A stretch of DNA of 64,000 bases from an uncultured Actinomycetes bacterium (GTDB taxonomy: Bacteria > Actinomycetota > UBA4738 > HRBIN12), in the NCBI GenBank assembly GCA_963704885.1, contig CAVPIB010000001.1, positions 160,001-224,000 of the forward strand, in the 5' to 3' direction. The translations under genes and the position numbers were made by a program. Positions within the stretch are counted from its first letter, which is position 1; each line of letters begins with the position of its first letter. Below the pieces are notes generated by a model that was not told the origin of the DNA, ran no database searches, and saw nothing but the letters and a program-made list of their open reading frames with translations. Positions 8,565 to 18,303 of the stretch are shown here, piece after piece.

Positions 8565-9539
8565 GTGAAGGACATCGGACTGGTCGGCGTGCCGTTCTCG
8601 GGCAAGTCCACGCTCTTCACCGCCCTCACGCGAGCCGGCTCCCACGGAGGTCAGGCGAACGTGGCCGTGGTCCCCGTCCCAGACCCCCGCCTGGCCGTGC
8701 TGACCCAGATGGAGCGGTCGAAGAAGACCGTTGCGGCGCAGGTCCGGTTCGTCGATGTACCCGGTGGGACCTCGTCGGCGCAGGGGATCGCGAAGCTCCG
8801 CGAGTCCGATGCGCTGGCGCTCGTGATCCGGTGTTTCGGGGCGGACGCGACCCCCGCCGAGGAGCTCGCGAACGTGCGCGCCGACCTGCTGCTGGCCGAC
8901 ATGACCGTGGTGGACAGCGCTCTGCAGAAGGCCGAGAAACGCGCGAAGGGCAAGGTTACGGACGAGGTCGCGGCGCTGCGGGCGGCCCATGCGGCGTTGG
9001 AGGCCGAGACCCCGTTGCGCGAAGCCCGGTTGGACGATGCGGTCGTGAACGAACTGCGGGGCCTGGCTCCGCTCACGCTGAAACCCGAGATCGTGATCGC
9101 GAACCTGGAGGAGGGAGCGCAGGTTCCCGCCGAGCTCGGCGATGCCGTCGGGGTGTTCGCGTCGATCGAGGCCGAGACGGCGGAGATGGATCCCGATGAG
9201 GCGCGCGCGCTGCTCGAGGAGTTCGGCGTGGAGGAGCCGGGCCTGGAGAAGGTGATCGCGGCGTGCTATCGCGCGCTCGACCTGATCACGTTCCTCACGA
9301 CGGGCGAGGACGAGACGCGCGCGTGGGAGGTGCGACGCGGTGCGCACGCACCCGAGGCGGCGGGCGTGATCCACACGGACCTGCAGCGCGGGTTCATCCG
9401 CGCCGAGGTGATCGGCTACGACGACCTGGTCGCCGCGGGATCCATGGAGGCCGCCAAGGCCGCCGGCAAGATCCGCGTGGAGGGCAAGGACTACGAGGTC
9501 CGCGAAGGCGACATCCTCCACGTCCGGTTCGCGGTCTAG
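8565..9539 (+). CDS. ychF: YchF/OLA1 family ATPase, shortened variant
   Basis: GLVGVPFSGKSTLF, DVPG, TGEDETRAW, AGVIHTDLQRGFIRAEV, EGKDYEVREGD (DUF933/TGS). Confidence 0.9.
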   Translation: MKDIGLVGVPFSGKSTLFTALTRAGSHGGQANVAVVPVPDPRLAVLTQMERSKKTVAAQVRFVDVPGGTSSAQGIAKLRESDALALVIRCFGADATPAEELANVRADLLLADMTVVDSALQKAEKRAKGKVTDEVAALRAAHAALEAETPLREARLDDAVVNELRGLAPLTLKPEIVIANLEEGAQVPAELGDAVGVFASIEAETAEMDPDEARALLEEFGVEEPGLEKVIAACYRALDLITFLTTGEDETRAWEVRRGAHAPEAAGVIHTDLQRGFIRAEVIGYDDLVAAGSMEAAKAAGKIRVEGKDYEVREGDILHVRFAV

Positions 9540-9544
9540 CTCCT

Positions 9545-11252
9545 GCTACGGTTCCCGGTCGGCGACTACTCTTCGATCAAGGCAACGATGGTCTCGTCGA
9601 GCTGCTCTGGACACGGTACGGCTCGCACCTGACCTCCGCCGTACCGGCGTCTGGGAAGTTGGCGGATAGGAGGCCCGACGGTCCCGTGCTCGACTGGGCC
9701 AGCCGCGAGCGTGAACGTCCGGATGGACGCCTTCGGCGAGGTGATGCGAGCGCGCAGGCTGCTTCGCCGACGAGTGTTCCCTCAGACCAACTGATGTCGC
9801 CTACGACGCGACGGTTCGACGCAAGGTTGAAGAAGACGTAGCGGCCGTCGTTCACGAAGAGCATCCCTGGACGCACCGAGCTTCGGCGGTGATCGGTGTT
9901 CCACCTTCGACCTGATGTTCCTGCCTGAGAACGGCCGACGGTTCGAGAGCCGCGAAGCCGAACGCGTGCAATCCCACAACCTCTCCTCCCTCGCCCATCA
10001 GGATCATCGCGCACTGGGCCTGCCAGGACACGTGATCACTCGTCGAGCTGAACGCGATATCGCACGATCGCCAGTCGGCCCAGCTTCGCCAGTTCCGGAG
10101 GAGGTCTCTACCTCGAGTCGAAGTGAGGGAGAGTTCCCCCGCTGGGACGAGACCGCTCGAAGCCGGCGAAGGAGCGGGACGATCGACGATCTCGATCGGC
10201 AGCCAGAATTGGGCTTGCGCGTCGTCCCACGTCGCGTCGACCGCGAGCGAGGTATCTCCCGGCAGGGAGGTCGAACGACGCTCCCGCGCTGGTGAGGTCG
10301 AGCTGCAAAGGACTCGCCGACCGGCGGACCGAAGTTCATTGTCTGCCCGCATAGCGCCAAGCGACGTGGTGGGTGGAGCGTCGTAGAGCGGAGCGGCGCT
10401 CCCCGCACCACCCGGACCACGTCGGCGTCGGTGAACGTGGGAGTCGCAGCATCTGCGAAACCGCTGCCGTTGTCGAACGTCCAGGAGTGCGTGCCGAGGG
10501 TCGCGGGGAACTTCGTACCTCCCACCGTGAACGACAGCTGCGGCGCTTGCAGGATCCGTCTCGTCGAACGTCAACACGGCGGCTTCTTCAACGGGCACGA
10601 CCTCGAAGAGGGCGGTGAAGGTCGCCGTTCCCTCATCCCAGACGCCGGTCAGTTCGATGACGTACTGCCCCGGGTTCCGAAGGGAGGATCGCAGACCCGT
10701 CCGACAGGTCGAGCACTGCTGCGGGGCGAGTCGATGGAGATCCCGTTCCGGATGGTCGCCGACGCCGAGGTCGCGTCGCCTGCACCACGAGGCGCGTTCC
10801 GGCCGGCACGCCGAAGTCGAGGTTGTACAAGGGTTGGTTGAATCCGTCGACCGGGATGTCCGGCCAGCCGGTCATCCCTTGGGTCGGGATCTCGGTCGCT
10901 TGCTCTCCGAGGCGGAACACGGCGGTCGGCAGATGGAGTTCCGTCGCCGTCGATGGCTCAGTCGGGGCGCGCAGGGTTACCACCAGATCTCCCGGACCGG
11001 GAGCGGTCGTCGAGCCGTCACCGTCTCCCACGGACACGCAGCCGGGTCGGACTGAGCACGTTCCACGCGAACGCCCCGGCTGCGATGAACACGACGAAGG
11101 CGACGACGCCCGCGACCACCCGTTGGCGGCGCCGAGGGAGCACAGCTTCCTCTTCACGGCCCGCTCGGTCCTTCGCTCGCTCGCTGCCAGAGCCCCGGAG
11201 TGGGAGATGCCTCTCGCAACCTCCGCAGTTCGCTCTGCCAGCGTTCAGGCAT
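9545..11252 (-). pseudogene. fragmented anti-sigma-like membrane protein with large extracellular domain (multiple frameshifts)
   Basis: ATG 11252 overlaps the sigma stop (MPERWQSELRRL...); TM segment VVAGVVAFVVFIAAGAFAW lies in another frame; later coding-like pieces alternate frames; 3' end approximate. Confidence 0.5.
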
Positions 11253-11778
11253 CGTCGACCTCCCCGGCGCCGAGCAGCTCTCGGAGCCGCTTGCGGCCTC
11301 GATGGATGTGCACGCGAACGGTCGGCGCCACGATGCCTATCCGGCGCGCAACCTCCTCGACGGTCAAGCCTTCTTCGAACCGCAGGACGATCACCGCGCG
11401 CTGGTTCGGCGACAGACGGCGGAGCGCAGTCTAGAAGCTCACCCAAGCTCCGGCGGCTCGATGGTGGCATCGTGCAGCCTCTGCTCGCCTGCCGTCCCGA
11501 CGCATCTCTTCGGACGCGATCCGGAACGCCGTGCGGTAGATCCAAGCGAGTGGGTCGCGGATCCCACGCTTGTACGCGATCGCTCGCGCGAACGCTTCGG
11601 CCACGGCTTCGTCCGCCATCTCACGACGGCCGCCTGAGTATGCGTAGATCGCCCGCCAGAGACCCGGCCCATCGTCACGGAACAAGCGTTCGAAGTCGTG
11701 GGTCCGCTCGTGGGAAGCCATGCCTGATTTCACAGACTCCAGGTTCGCCAGCATGGTCGCAACATCCACGGATCCCAC
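11245..11778 (-). pseudogene. ECF sigma factor (sigma-70 family) interrupted by about 3 frameshifts
   Basis: Region 2 (FERLFRDDGPGLWRAI...AWIYRTAFR) and region 4 (ALRRLSPNQRAVIVLRFEEGLTVEEVARRIGIVAPTVRVHIHRGRKRL) are in different frames; indels near 11430-11480. Confidence 0.75.
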
Positions 11779-11839
11779 CTCTCACACGACAGAGGCCGGG
11801 GAAGGGCCTGGCGTTTACATGCGAGTAGCATCTCCCGCG

Positions 11840-12229
11840 ATGGCCGACACGTACCGGATCGGCGAAGCGGCAGACATCCTCGGCGTGCGCGTGGAGACGC
11901 TGCGACGTTGGGAACGCGCCGGCAAGCTGAAGACCGAGCGGACGCCCGGTTCTCAGCGGTTGGTGCCGGCGTCCGAGGTCGCGCGCCTGCTCACCGAGAC
12001 CCATGGTCGAGGGCCGATCGCAGCCGGCAGCGCCCGCAACCGGTTCCGAGGCATCATCACCGAGATCAAGACCGACAAGCTCTCGGCGACGGTCGAGATC
12101 CAGGCCGGTCCCCACCGGATCCTGGCCTTCATCACCCGCGAGGCAGTCGACCAGTTGGGACTGAAGCCGGGGATGGAAGCCGTGGCCACCGTGAAGGCCA
12201 CGAGCGTGATGGTGAACCTGCCCGACTGA
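11840..12229 (+). CDS. MerR-like HTH plus TOBE molybdenum-responsive regulator
   Basis: YRIGEAADILGV..TLRRW; SARNRFRG; ITREAVDQLGL..VKATSV; TAGCAT -10 8 nt upstream. Confidence 0.9.
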   Translation: MADTYRIGEAADILGVRVETLRRWERAGKLKTERTPGSQRLVPASEVARLLTETHGRGPIAAGSARNRFRGIITEIKTDKLSATVEIQAGPHRILAFITREAVDQLGLKPGMEAVATVKATSVMVNLPD

Positions 12230-12291
12230 GCTTTCGTCTTTCGTATCACCAGCTTTCCTTGGCTGCATAGCACCTGATATATGCTGCTGGC

Positions 12292-13494
12292 ATGAATGGG
12301 ACGATAGCGATCTCCGCTCCGCCCATCGAGCGTCCGTTCCGCATCTCCGTCGGCGAGGTGGCAGGCGCCGTCGCGGACCTCGGCGTGATGGTCCCGCTCG
12401 CAACGGCGCTCATCCTGGTGAACGGTCTCGACGCGGGATCCGTGTTGGTCTGCGCCGGCCTGCTGGTCGTGGGCGCCGGGCTCGTGTTCCGCGTTCCGTT
12501 CCCGGTGCAACCGCTCAAGGCGCTCACCGCGGTGGCCGTCGCGCAGCAGCTCGCGCCCGGCGTGATCCACGCGGCGGGTCTCGAGATCGCCGGGTTCCTC
12601 CTGTTGCTCTCCGTTCGACACGTTGCCGACGGGATCGCCCGGGTGTTCACCAAGCCGGTCGTTCGCGCGCTCCAGCTGGGCGTGGGCATCCTCTTGCTCA
12701 TCACCGCGATGAAACTGGTCGCTTCACCACCGGAGGTCTTCGCCGGCACCCCACCCACGCCCTGGCCGTGGCTCCTGCTCGCCGGCGCGTTCGCGGGGGT
12801 GATGGCAGCCAGCCTCACACGTCACTACTGGATCGCCATCGCCATCCTGGTGGGTGGCGTCGCAGCGGCTTGGGTAGTGGCCGATCCGAACGTCGGAGGG
12901 CCTGCCTTCACGCTCCCATCGTTCGGCCTGCCGGCCGCCCGAGACTTCGGAACCGCGTTCCTTCTGCTCGTGGTGCCCCAACTGCCCCTCACGTTCGGCA
13001 ACGCCGTGGTGGCGGTCGACGAGCTGGAGCACGAGTACTTCGGAGTCGCTGCGTCGCGTGTGACACCATCGCGGATCTGTCTATCCGCGGGAGCGGGCAA
13101 CCTCGTCTCCGGGGTGCTCGGGGGGATGCCCATGTGCCACGGCGCCGGCGGGCTCACCGCCCACACGCGGCTCGGGGCGCGCACGGCCGGCATGAACATC
13201 GTCCTAGGCGGCGCGTTCCTGGTCCTCGGGTTGTTCTTCGCCGCTCAGGTGCCGGTCCTGCTTGGGCTGCTGCCCGTCTGGGGTCTGGCCGCGTTCCTCG
13301 CATACGCCGGCCTGCGACACGCGTGGCTCGTATCGGACCTCCGCCGCTTCGACCTGCTCGTCGCCGTTATCTGCGGCGCGTTGGGTGCATGGTTCGGCAA
13401 CCTGGCGATCACCGCCGCGCTCGCGTTGCTCGCAGTTCACGGCTCGACACTCCTGCGGAGGTTGCGAGGTCGGGCCGGTACCCTTGTTCGATGA
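12292..13494 (+). CDS. MOT1-like sulfate/molybdate transporter
   Basis: ADLG, PVQPLKA, PQLPLTFGNAV, GGMPMCHGAGGLTAH..GAR motifs. Confidence 0.85.
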   Translation: MNGTIAISAPPIERPFRISVGEVAGAVADLGVMVPLATALILVNGLDAGSVLVCAGLLVVGAGLVFRVPFPVQPLKALTAVAVAQQLAPGVIHAAGLEIAGFLLLLSVRHVADGIARVFTKPVVRALQLGVGILLLITAMKLVASPPEVFAGTPPTPWPWLLLAGAFAGVMAASLTRHYWIAIAILVGGVAAAWVVADPNVGGPAFTLPSFGLPAARDFGTAFLLLVVPQLPLTFGNAVVAVDELEHEYFGVAASRVTPSRICLSAGAGNLVSGVLGGMPMCHGAGGLTAHTRLGARTAGMNIVLGGAFLVLGLFFAAQVPVLLGLLPVWGLAAFLAYAGLRHAWLVSDLRRFDLLVAVICGALGAWFGNLAITAALALLAVHGSTLLRRLRGRAGTLVR

Positions 13495-14141
13495 AGACCG
13501 GCGAACGCCAGTCACTCGAAGCGCCCGAACCCGCATCCCGCAAACCCACGAAGGCCGGCGTGCTCGGGTTCCTGGGCGAACTTCCGGGCCTGATCCTGAT
13601 GGCCTTCCTGCTGGCCATACTGATCCGGACATTCCTGTTCCAGGCGTTCTTCATCCCCAGCCCGTCCATGGAACCGACGCTCATCCAGGGCGACCGGGTG
13701 TTGGTCAACAAGATCCCCTACTACTTCCACGACCCCCGGCGCGGGGACATCGTGGTCTTCGAGAACCCCAACCCGAACGCGATACCCGATCGAGGACTGG
13801 TCGGCGGATTCCTCCATTGGCTCTTCCAAGGCCTGGGCGTAGAGCAACCCGAGAACGAGGACTTCATCAAGCGGGTGATCGGCGTGCCGGGCGATACCGT
13901 GCAGGGCAAGAAGGGGTTCGTTCTCGTGAACGGGGAGAAGATAGACGAGCCCTACCTCACGCAGAAGACCCAGCCGTTCGACGCGGTCACCGTTCCGGAG
14001 GGCAAGCTCTTCGTGATGGGCGACAACCGCGGCAACTCACTCGACTCGAGGTTCACTCTGGGTTTCGTGCCGATCGACAAGGTGATCGGCAAGGCCTTCA
14101 TCAAGATCTGGCCTCCGACACGGTTCGGTTTGCTTCACTAG
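13491..14141 (+). CDS. lepB: signal peptidase I
   Basis: IPSPSMEPTL, FIKRVIG, MGDNRGNSLDSR; real start ATG 13491 within track ORF 12768..14141. Confidence 0.95.
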   Translation: MKTGERQSLEAPEPASRKPTKAGVLGFLGELPGLILMAFLLAILIRTFLFQAFFIPSPSMEPTLIQGDRVLVNKIPYYFHDPRRGDIVVFENPNPNAIPDRGLVGGFLHWLFQGLGVEQPENEDFIKRVIGVPGDTVQGKKGFVLVNGEKIDEPYLTQKTQPFDAVTVPEGKLFVMGDNRGNSLDSRFTLGFVPIDKVIGKAFIKIWPPTRFGLLH

Positions 14142-14161
14142 TCTGGGTCAGACTAGTGAAG
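14133..14161. repeat. ACTAGTCTG-N3-CAGACTAGT palindrome copy 1
   Basis: CTTCACTAGTCTG-GGT-CAGACTAGTGAAG, 13-bp perfect stem at the lepB/ctpE convergent junction. Confidence 0.9.
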
Positions 14162-14166
14162 AGCGG

Positions 14167-16503
14167 CTAGTCGCTGGAGGCCTGCGGTCCGATCGGTCGA
14201 TCCCCGGGAACGAACAGCCGTGCGAACGACCACACGATCGCCGCGATACCGAACGCGGCCAGCCACAAGATGTAGTCCGGCGGATCAAGCGCGAAGAAGG
14301 TCTGCGTGGCAGGGAGCAGGAGCGCCAGTGAGAAGAGCCCGGCCATCGACCAGATCAGAGTCAGGCGGGCGCGGCTGAGCGGCGCCGCGATGATCGACAG
14401 CACCAAGAGTCCGATCCAGGTGAGCACCATGACGGCGCTCGTCCGAGCCTGCTCCAAGGTCACGCCGTCCTGGTCCTTGACCAAGGCGTACGCGAGGAAC
14501 GTAGCGATCGCCGCGAGCGCGCCCGCCGGCACGGCGAACCGCGCCACCCTACCCACGAACCCGGGCCGGAACCGCTCGGTGTTCGGCGCGAGCGCCAGGA
14601 AGAACGACGGGATCCCGATCGTTACCGCGCCGATCAATGTGAGATGCCGCGGCAGGAACGGGAACGCGAACCCCGCCACGCCCACAGCGAGGGAAAGCAG
14701 CATGGCGTAGACGGTCTTGGTGAGGTACAGGCCGGACGTGCGTTCGATATTGCCCAGCACACGCCGACCCTCCGCCACCACGTGCGGTAACGCGTCGAAG
14801 TTAGAATCCAACAGCACGACCTGCGCGACGGCGCGCGTGGCGTCGCTCCCCGAACCCATGGCCACGCCCATGTCTGCCTCCTTCAGCGCGAGCGCGTCGT
14901 TCACGCCGTCGCCCGTCATAGCCACCACGTGCCCTCGGGAACGGAGCGCTGCGACCATGGCGCGCTTCTGGTGCGGCGTCACCCGGCCGAACACGGACGG
15001 ACCCTCGAGCGCGGCTGCCATGCCGGCCTGGTCCTCGGGCAGGATCCGAGCGTCGACGGCATCGGCCGCACCCGGGAGCCCCAGCTGCGACGCGATCGCC
15101 CCGACCGTCCGCGGATCGTCCCCTGAGATCACCTTCACGGCGACGCCTTGCTCTTCGAAGTACCGCAAGGTGCGTTCCGCCTCGGGACGCAGCGAGTCGC
15201 GCAACGTGACCACGGCGGCCGGCCGGATGTCGGCGGGCAGCTCGGCACCGACATCCGTGCCCGGCGCATGCGCCAGTACGAGCACCCGCGCCCCCGAGGA
15301 GGTCGCGTCTTGGACCAGCGCCTGCCCGACGTCATCTCCCCGGAGGAGGACGTCCGCGCCGCCGACGTACCACGACCCGTGCCCGTCGAACGAGGCCGCG
15401 GTCCATTTCCTGGCAGAGGAGAACGGAACCGAACCGACCGGCGACCACCCGGTGGGGGCTGCCGGGAACCGCTCCCGGATCGCGGACATGGTGGCATTCG
15501 GATTCGGATCGTCGGCCGCGATCGCGGCGAGCGCTTGCGCTACGGGCGCCTCCACATCGAGCGGCTCGACGGCGATCACCGACAGTTTCCCCTCTGTAAG
15601 CGTGCCTGTCTTGTCGATGCAGAGCACGTCGATGCGCGCGAGCCCCTCCACCGCCGGCAGCTCCTGCACCAACACGTTGCGTCTGGCCAACCGCACCACG
15701 GCGACGGCGAACGCGATGCTCATCAAGAGCACCAGCCCTTCCGGGACCATCGCCACCGTGCCGGCGACGGCACCGCTCACGGCCACCCGCCAGGAGTCAT
15801 GGTGGCGGATCTGACTGATGAACAGCAGAGCCGCCGTCGGCACTATCGCGATCGTGACCCACCGCAGGATCTGGTCGACGCCCTCCCGCAGCTCCGAACG
15901 GGTGAGCGCGAATCGACGGGCCTCCTCGGCCAGCCGAACCGCATAGGCGTCCGCGCCGACCGCGGTCGCGAGCATCCGGCCGGCGCCGGCCGATACGAAC
16001 GAGCCCGAGAGCGCCGCGTCATCCGGGGTCTTGCGCACGGCGTCCGACTCCCCGGTCAGTAGGGACTCGTCCAGCTCGAGGCCGTCGGAGGAAAGGACCG
16101 TGCCGTCAACCACGACCTGGCCTCCGGGCGCCAGATCGAGCACGTCGTCGAGCACCACGCGATCGACCTCGAGTTCCCGCACGTCGCCGTCGCGCACCAC
16201 GCGAGCCTTGGGCGCGGTGAGCACGGTAAGGGCGTCGAGCGTTCGCTTCGCCCGAAGCTCCTGCACGATGCCGATGCCGGCGTTCGCGATGAGAACGAAA
16301 CCGAAGAGCGCGTCTTGGATCGGACCGACCACCAAGATGACCGCGAGCATCGCGCCGAGCAGCGCGTTGAACCGCGTGAATACGTTGGCGCGCACGATCT
16401 GGCCGACCGTGCGCGTGCGGGTGCGCGGCACCACGTTCACCAGGCCTCGCGCCTCGCGATCGGCCACCTCGCTCGCGGTGAGACCCCGCTCGGGATCCGT
16501 CAT
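14167..16503 (-). CDS. P-type cation-transporting ATPase (CtpE-like)
   Basis: LTGES, VPEGL, DKTGTLT, ISGD, TGDGVND motifs. Confidence 0.93.
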   Translation of the reverse strand: MTDPERGLTASEVADREARGLVNVVPRTRTRTVGQIVRANVFTRFNALLGAMLAVILVVGPIQDALFGFVLIANAGIGIVQELRAKRTLDALTVLTAPKARVVRDGDVRELEVDRVVLDDVLDLAPGGQVVVDGTVLSSDGLELDESLLTGESDAVRKTPDDAALSGSFVSAGAGRMLATAVGADAYAVRLAEEARRFALTRSELREGVDQILRWVTIAIVPTAALLFISQIRHHDSWRVAVSGAVAGTVAMVPEGLVLLMSIAFAVAVVRLARRNVLVQELPAVEGLARIDVLCIDKTGTLTEGKLSVIAVEPLDVEAPVAQALAAIAADDPNPNATMSAIRERFPAAPTGWSPVGSVPFSSARKWTAASFDGHGSWYVGGADVLLRGDDVGQALVQDATSSGARVLVLAHAPGTDVGAELPADIRPAAVVTLRDSLRPEAERTLRYFEEQGVAVKVISGDDPRTVGAIASQLGLPGAADAVDARILPEDQAGMAAALEGPSVFGRVTPHQKRAMVAALRSRGHVVAMTGDGVNDALALKEADMGVAMGSGSDATRAVAQVVLLDSNFDALPHVVAEGRRVLGNIERTSGLYLTKTVYAMLLSLAVGVAGFAFPFLPRHLTLIGAVTIGIPSFFLALAPNTERFRPGFVGRVARFAVPAGALAAIATFLAYALVKDQDGVTLEQARTSAVMVLTWIGLLVLSIIAAPLSRARLTLIWSMAGLFSLALLLPATQTFFALDPPDYILWLAAFGIAAIVWSFARLFVPGDRPIGPQASSD

Positions 16504-17876
16504 GGTTCGCGTTCGGCGGCCCACGACTCGAGCAGAGCGAACGCCTCGTCCTCGGGGATCGGCCCACGTTCCATACGGAGCTCCATGAGGTAGGCGAGCG
16601 CCTCCCCCACGAGCGGGCCGGGCGCGAGGCCAAGGCGTTCCATGACCTGGCCACCGTCGAGAGGCGGGCGAAGGGCGTCCAGGTTCTCCTCCTCGGCCAG
16701 GCGGGCGATCCGTTCCTCCAGCTCGTCCTGCAGCTCCTCGAGCCTCTTCGCCTTCGCCTCGTTCCGTGTGGTGCAGTCCGCGCGCGTCAGCTGGTTCAGC
16801 CGATCGAGCAACGGACCCGCGTCCCGCACGTAGCGTCGGACCGCGCTGTCGGTCCAGCCGTCGCCGTATCCGTGGAACCGCAGGTGGAGCTCGACGAGGG
16901 TATGGACGTCGTCTATCACGGCGTTCGGGTAGCGCAGCTCCTTCAAACGCGCCTCGGCCATGCGAGCACCTACCACGTCGTGGTGATGGAACTGAACGCC
17001 CTCCGGCGTGATCGATCGTGTCTTGGGCTTCCCGACGTCGTGCAGAAGCGCCGCCAGGCGCAGCACCAGGTCCGTCGGGTCGCAGCGCTCCACCACGGCG
17101 AACGTGTGACGCAGCACATCCTTGTGCTGGTGCACCGGGTCCTGCTCCAGCTGCAGCGCCGAGAGCTCGGGGAGGAACAGATCCGCCAGGCCGGTGTCCA
17201 CGATCAGGGCCAGCCCGACGGGGGCACCGGCGCCGAGGAGCAGCTTGGACAGCTCATCCTGGATGCGCTCGGCGGACACGATCGAAAGACGCTCACGCAT
17301 CTGTGTGATCGCCGTTACCACGCGCGGAGCCGGCTTCACACCGAGCTCCGCCACGAATCGTGCGGCCCGGAGCATCCGTAGGGGATCGTCCGAGAACGCC
17401 ACCTCGGGCTCGAGCGGCGTGTCCAGCTCCTTGGCGGCCAGGTGCTTCACGCCGCCGAACGGGTCGACGAACGCGCCGTCCGGCAACCGCACCGCCATCG
17501 CGTTGATCGTGAAGTCCCGGCGCGACAGATCGGTCTGGATGTCCTTGGCGAAAGTCACCGCAGGTTTGCGGTGCTCCTCCGCGTAGACCTCCTCGCGGAA
17601 CGTGGTGATCTCTAGATGGCGACCATCCTTCATGGCCCCCACCGTGCCGAACCTCACCCCGACCAGGTACTGGCGATCGGACCAACCTCGCAGGACGCGC
17701 GTGACCTGGTGCGGCGCGGCATCGGTTGCGAAGTCCAGGTCGAAGTCTGTGGCCTCCCGGCGCCTGCCCATGATCGCGTCGCGGACGACGCCGCCCACCA
17801 GGTACAGCTGGTGCCCGGCGGCGGCGAACCTCTCGCCCAGCTCTGCGGCCTGGGGGTCGACCTCGATCGTGGTCAT
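16500..17876 (-). CDS. cca: CCA tRNA nucleotidyltransferase (with HD domain)
   Basis: LVGGVVRD, DLDFAT, DLSRRDFTINAM, DDPLRMLR, LLHDVGK; start ATG 17876. Confidence 0.93.
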   Translation of the reverse strand: MTTIEVDPQAAELGERFAAAGHQLYLVGGVVRDAIMGRRREATDFDLDFATDAAPHQVTRVLRGWSDRQYLVGVRFGTVGAMKDGRHLEITTFREEVYAEEHRKPAVTFAKDIQTDLSRRDFTINAMAVRLPDGAFVDPFGGVKHLAAKELDTPLEPEVAFSDDPLRMLRAARFVAELGVKPAPRVVTAITQMRERLSIVSAERIQDELSKLLLGAGAPVGLALIVDTGLADLFLPELSALQLEQDPVHQHKDVLRHTFAVVERCDPTDLVLRLAALLHDVGKPKTRSITPEGVQFHHHDVVGARMAEARLKELRYPNAVIDDVHTLVELHLRFHGYGDGWTDSAVRRYVRDAGPLLDRLNQLTRADCTTRNEAKAKRLEELQDELEERIARLAEEENLDALRPPLDGGQVMERLGLAPGPLVGEALAYLMELRMERGPIPEDEAFALLESWAAEREP

Positions 17877-17931
17877 GACGGCCTCACGATACCCTTCGCC
17901 CTTCGCGAGCCGGGCACGATACCGTGCCGAG

Positions 17932-18303
17932 ATGCCCACATGGCTCGGGTTCATATGGACCGTGCCCAACACGGTGATCGGACTGGTCCTGGGGCTGTTC
18001 ACGTTCCAGGTGCCCCGGCTGGACGGCGCCGTGATCTTCGACAAGACGCCGCGTGGGCTCACCGCGTTGATGCCGCACATGCGCCGCACGGCCATGACGA
18101 TCGGCTTCGTGATCGTTTCCGCGGCTCCGCTCACGGGCACGCTGTCGATTCATGAGCGGCATCACATCAAGCAGTACTGCCTGCTCGGTCCGTTCTTCCT
18201 GCCCGTCTACTTCCTGCTGGCGATCCCCTTCGGCTACCGTCGGCACCCGTTGGAGATCCGAGCGAAGCGCGCCTCCGGAGAGCTGCCCTCGATACCGAGC
18301 TAG
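17932..18303 (+). CDS. small membrane hypothetical protein with HExxH
   Basis: WTVPNT, IHERHHIKQY, HPLEIRA; TACCGT -10 6 nt before ATG. Confidence 0.7.
   Translation: MPTWLGFIWTVPNTVIGLVLGLFTFQVPRLDGAVIFDKTPRGLTALMPHMRRTAMTIGFVIVSAAPLTGTLSIHERHHIKQYCLLGPFFLPVYFLLAIPFGYRRHPLEIRAKRASGELPSIPS

Noticed and set aside
11439-11441. TGA in the ECF sigma gene as a second selenocysteine
   Set aside because: Created by an extra base in GGT GAG; the downstream sequence needs frame changes and no Cys is expected there
12768-13490. Apparent 240-aa N-terminal extension of LepB
   Set aside because: Overlaps the molybdate transporter in another frame; true start ATG 13491 has its own -10
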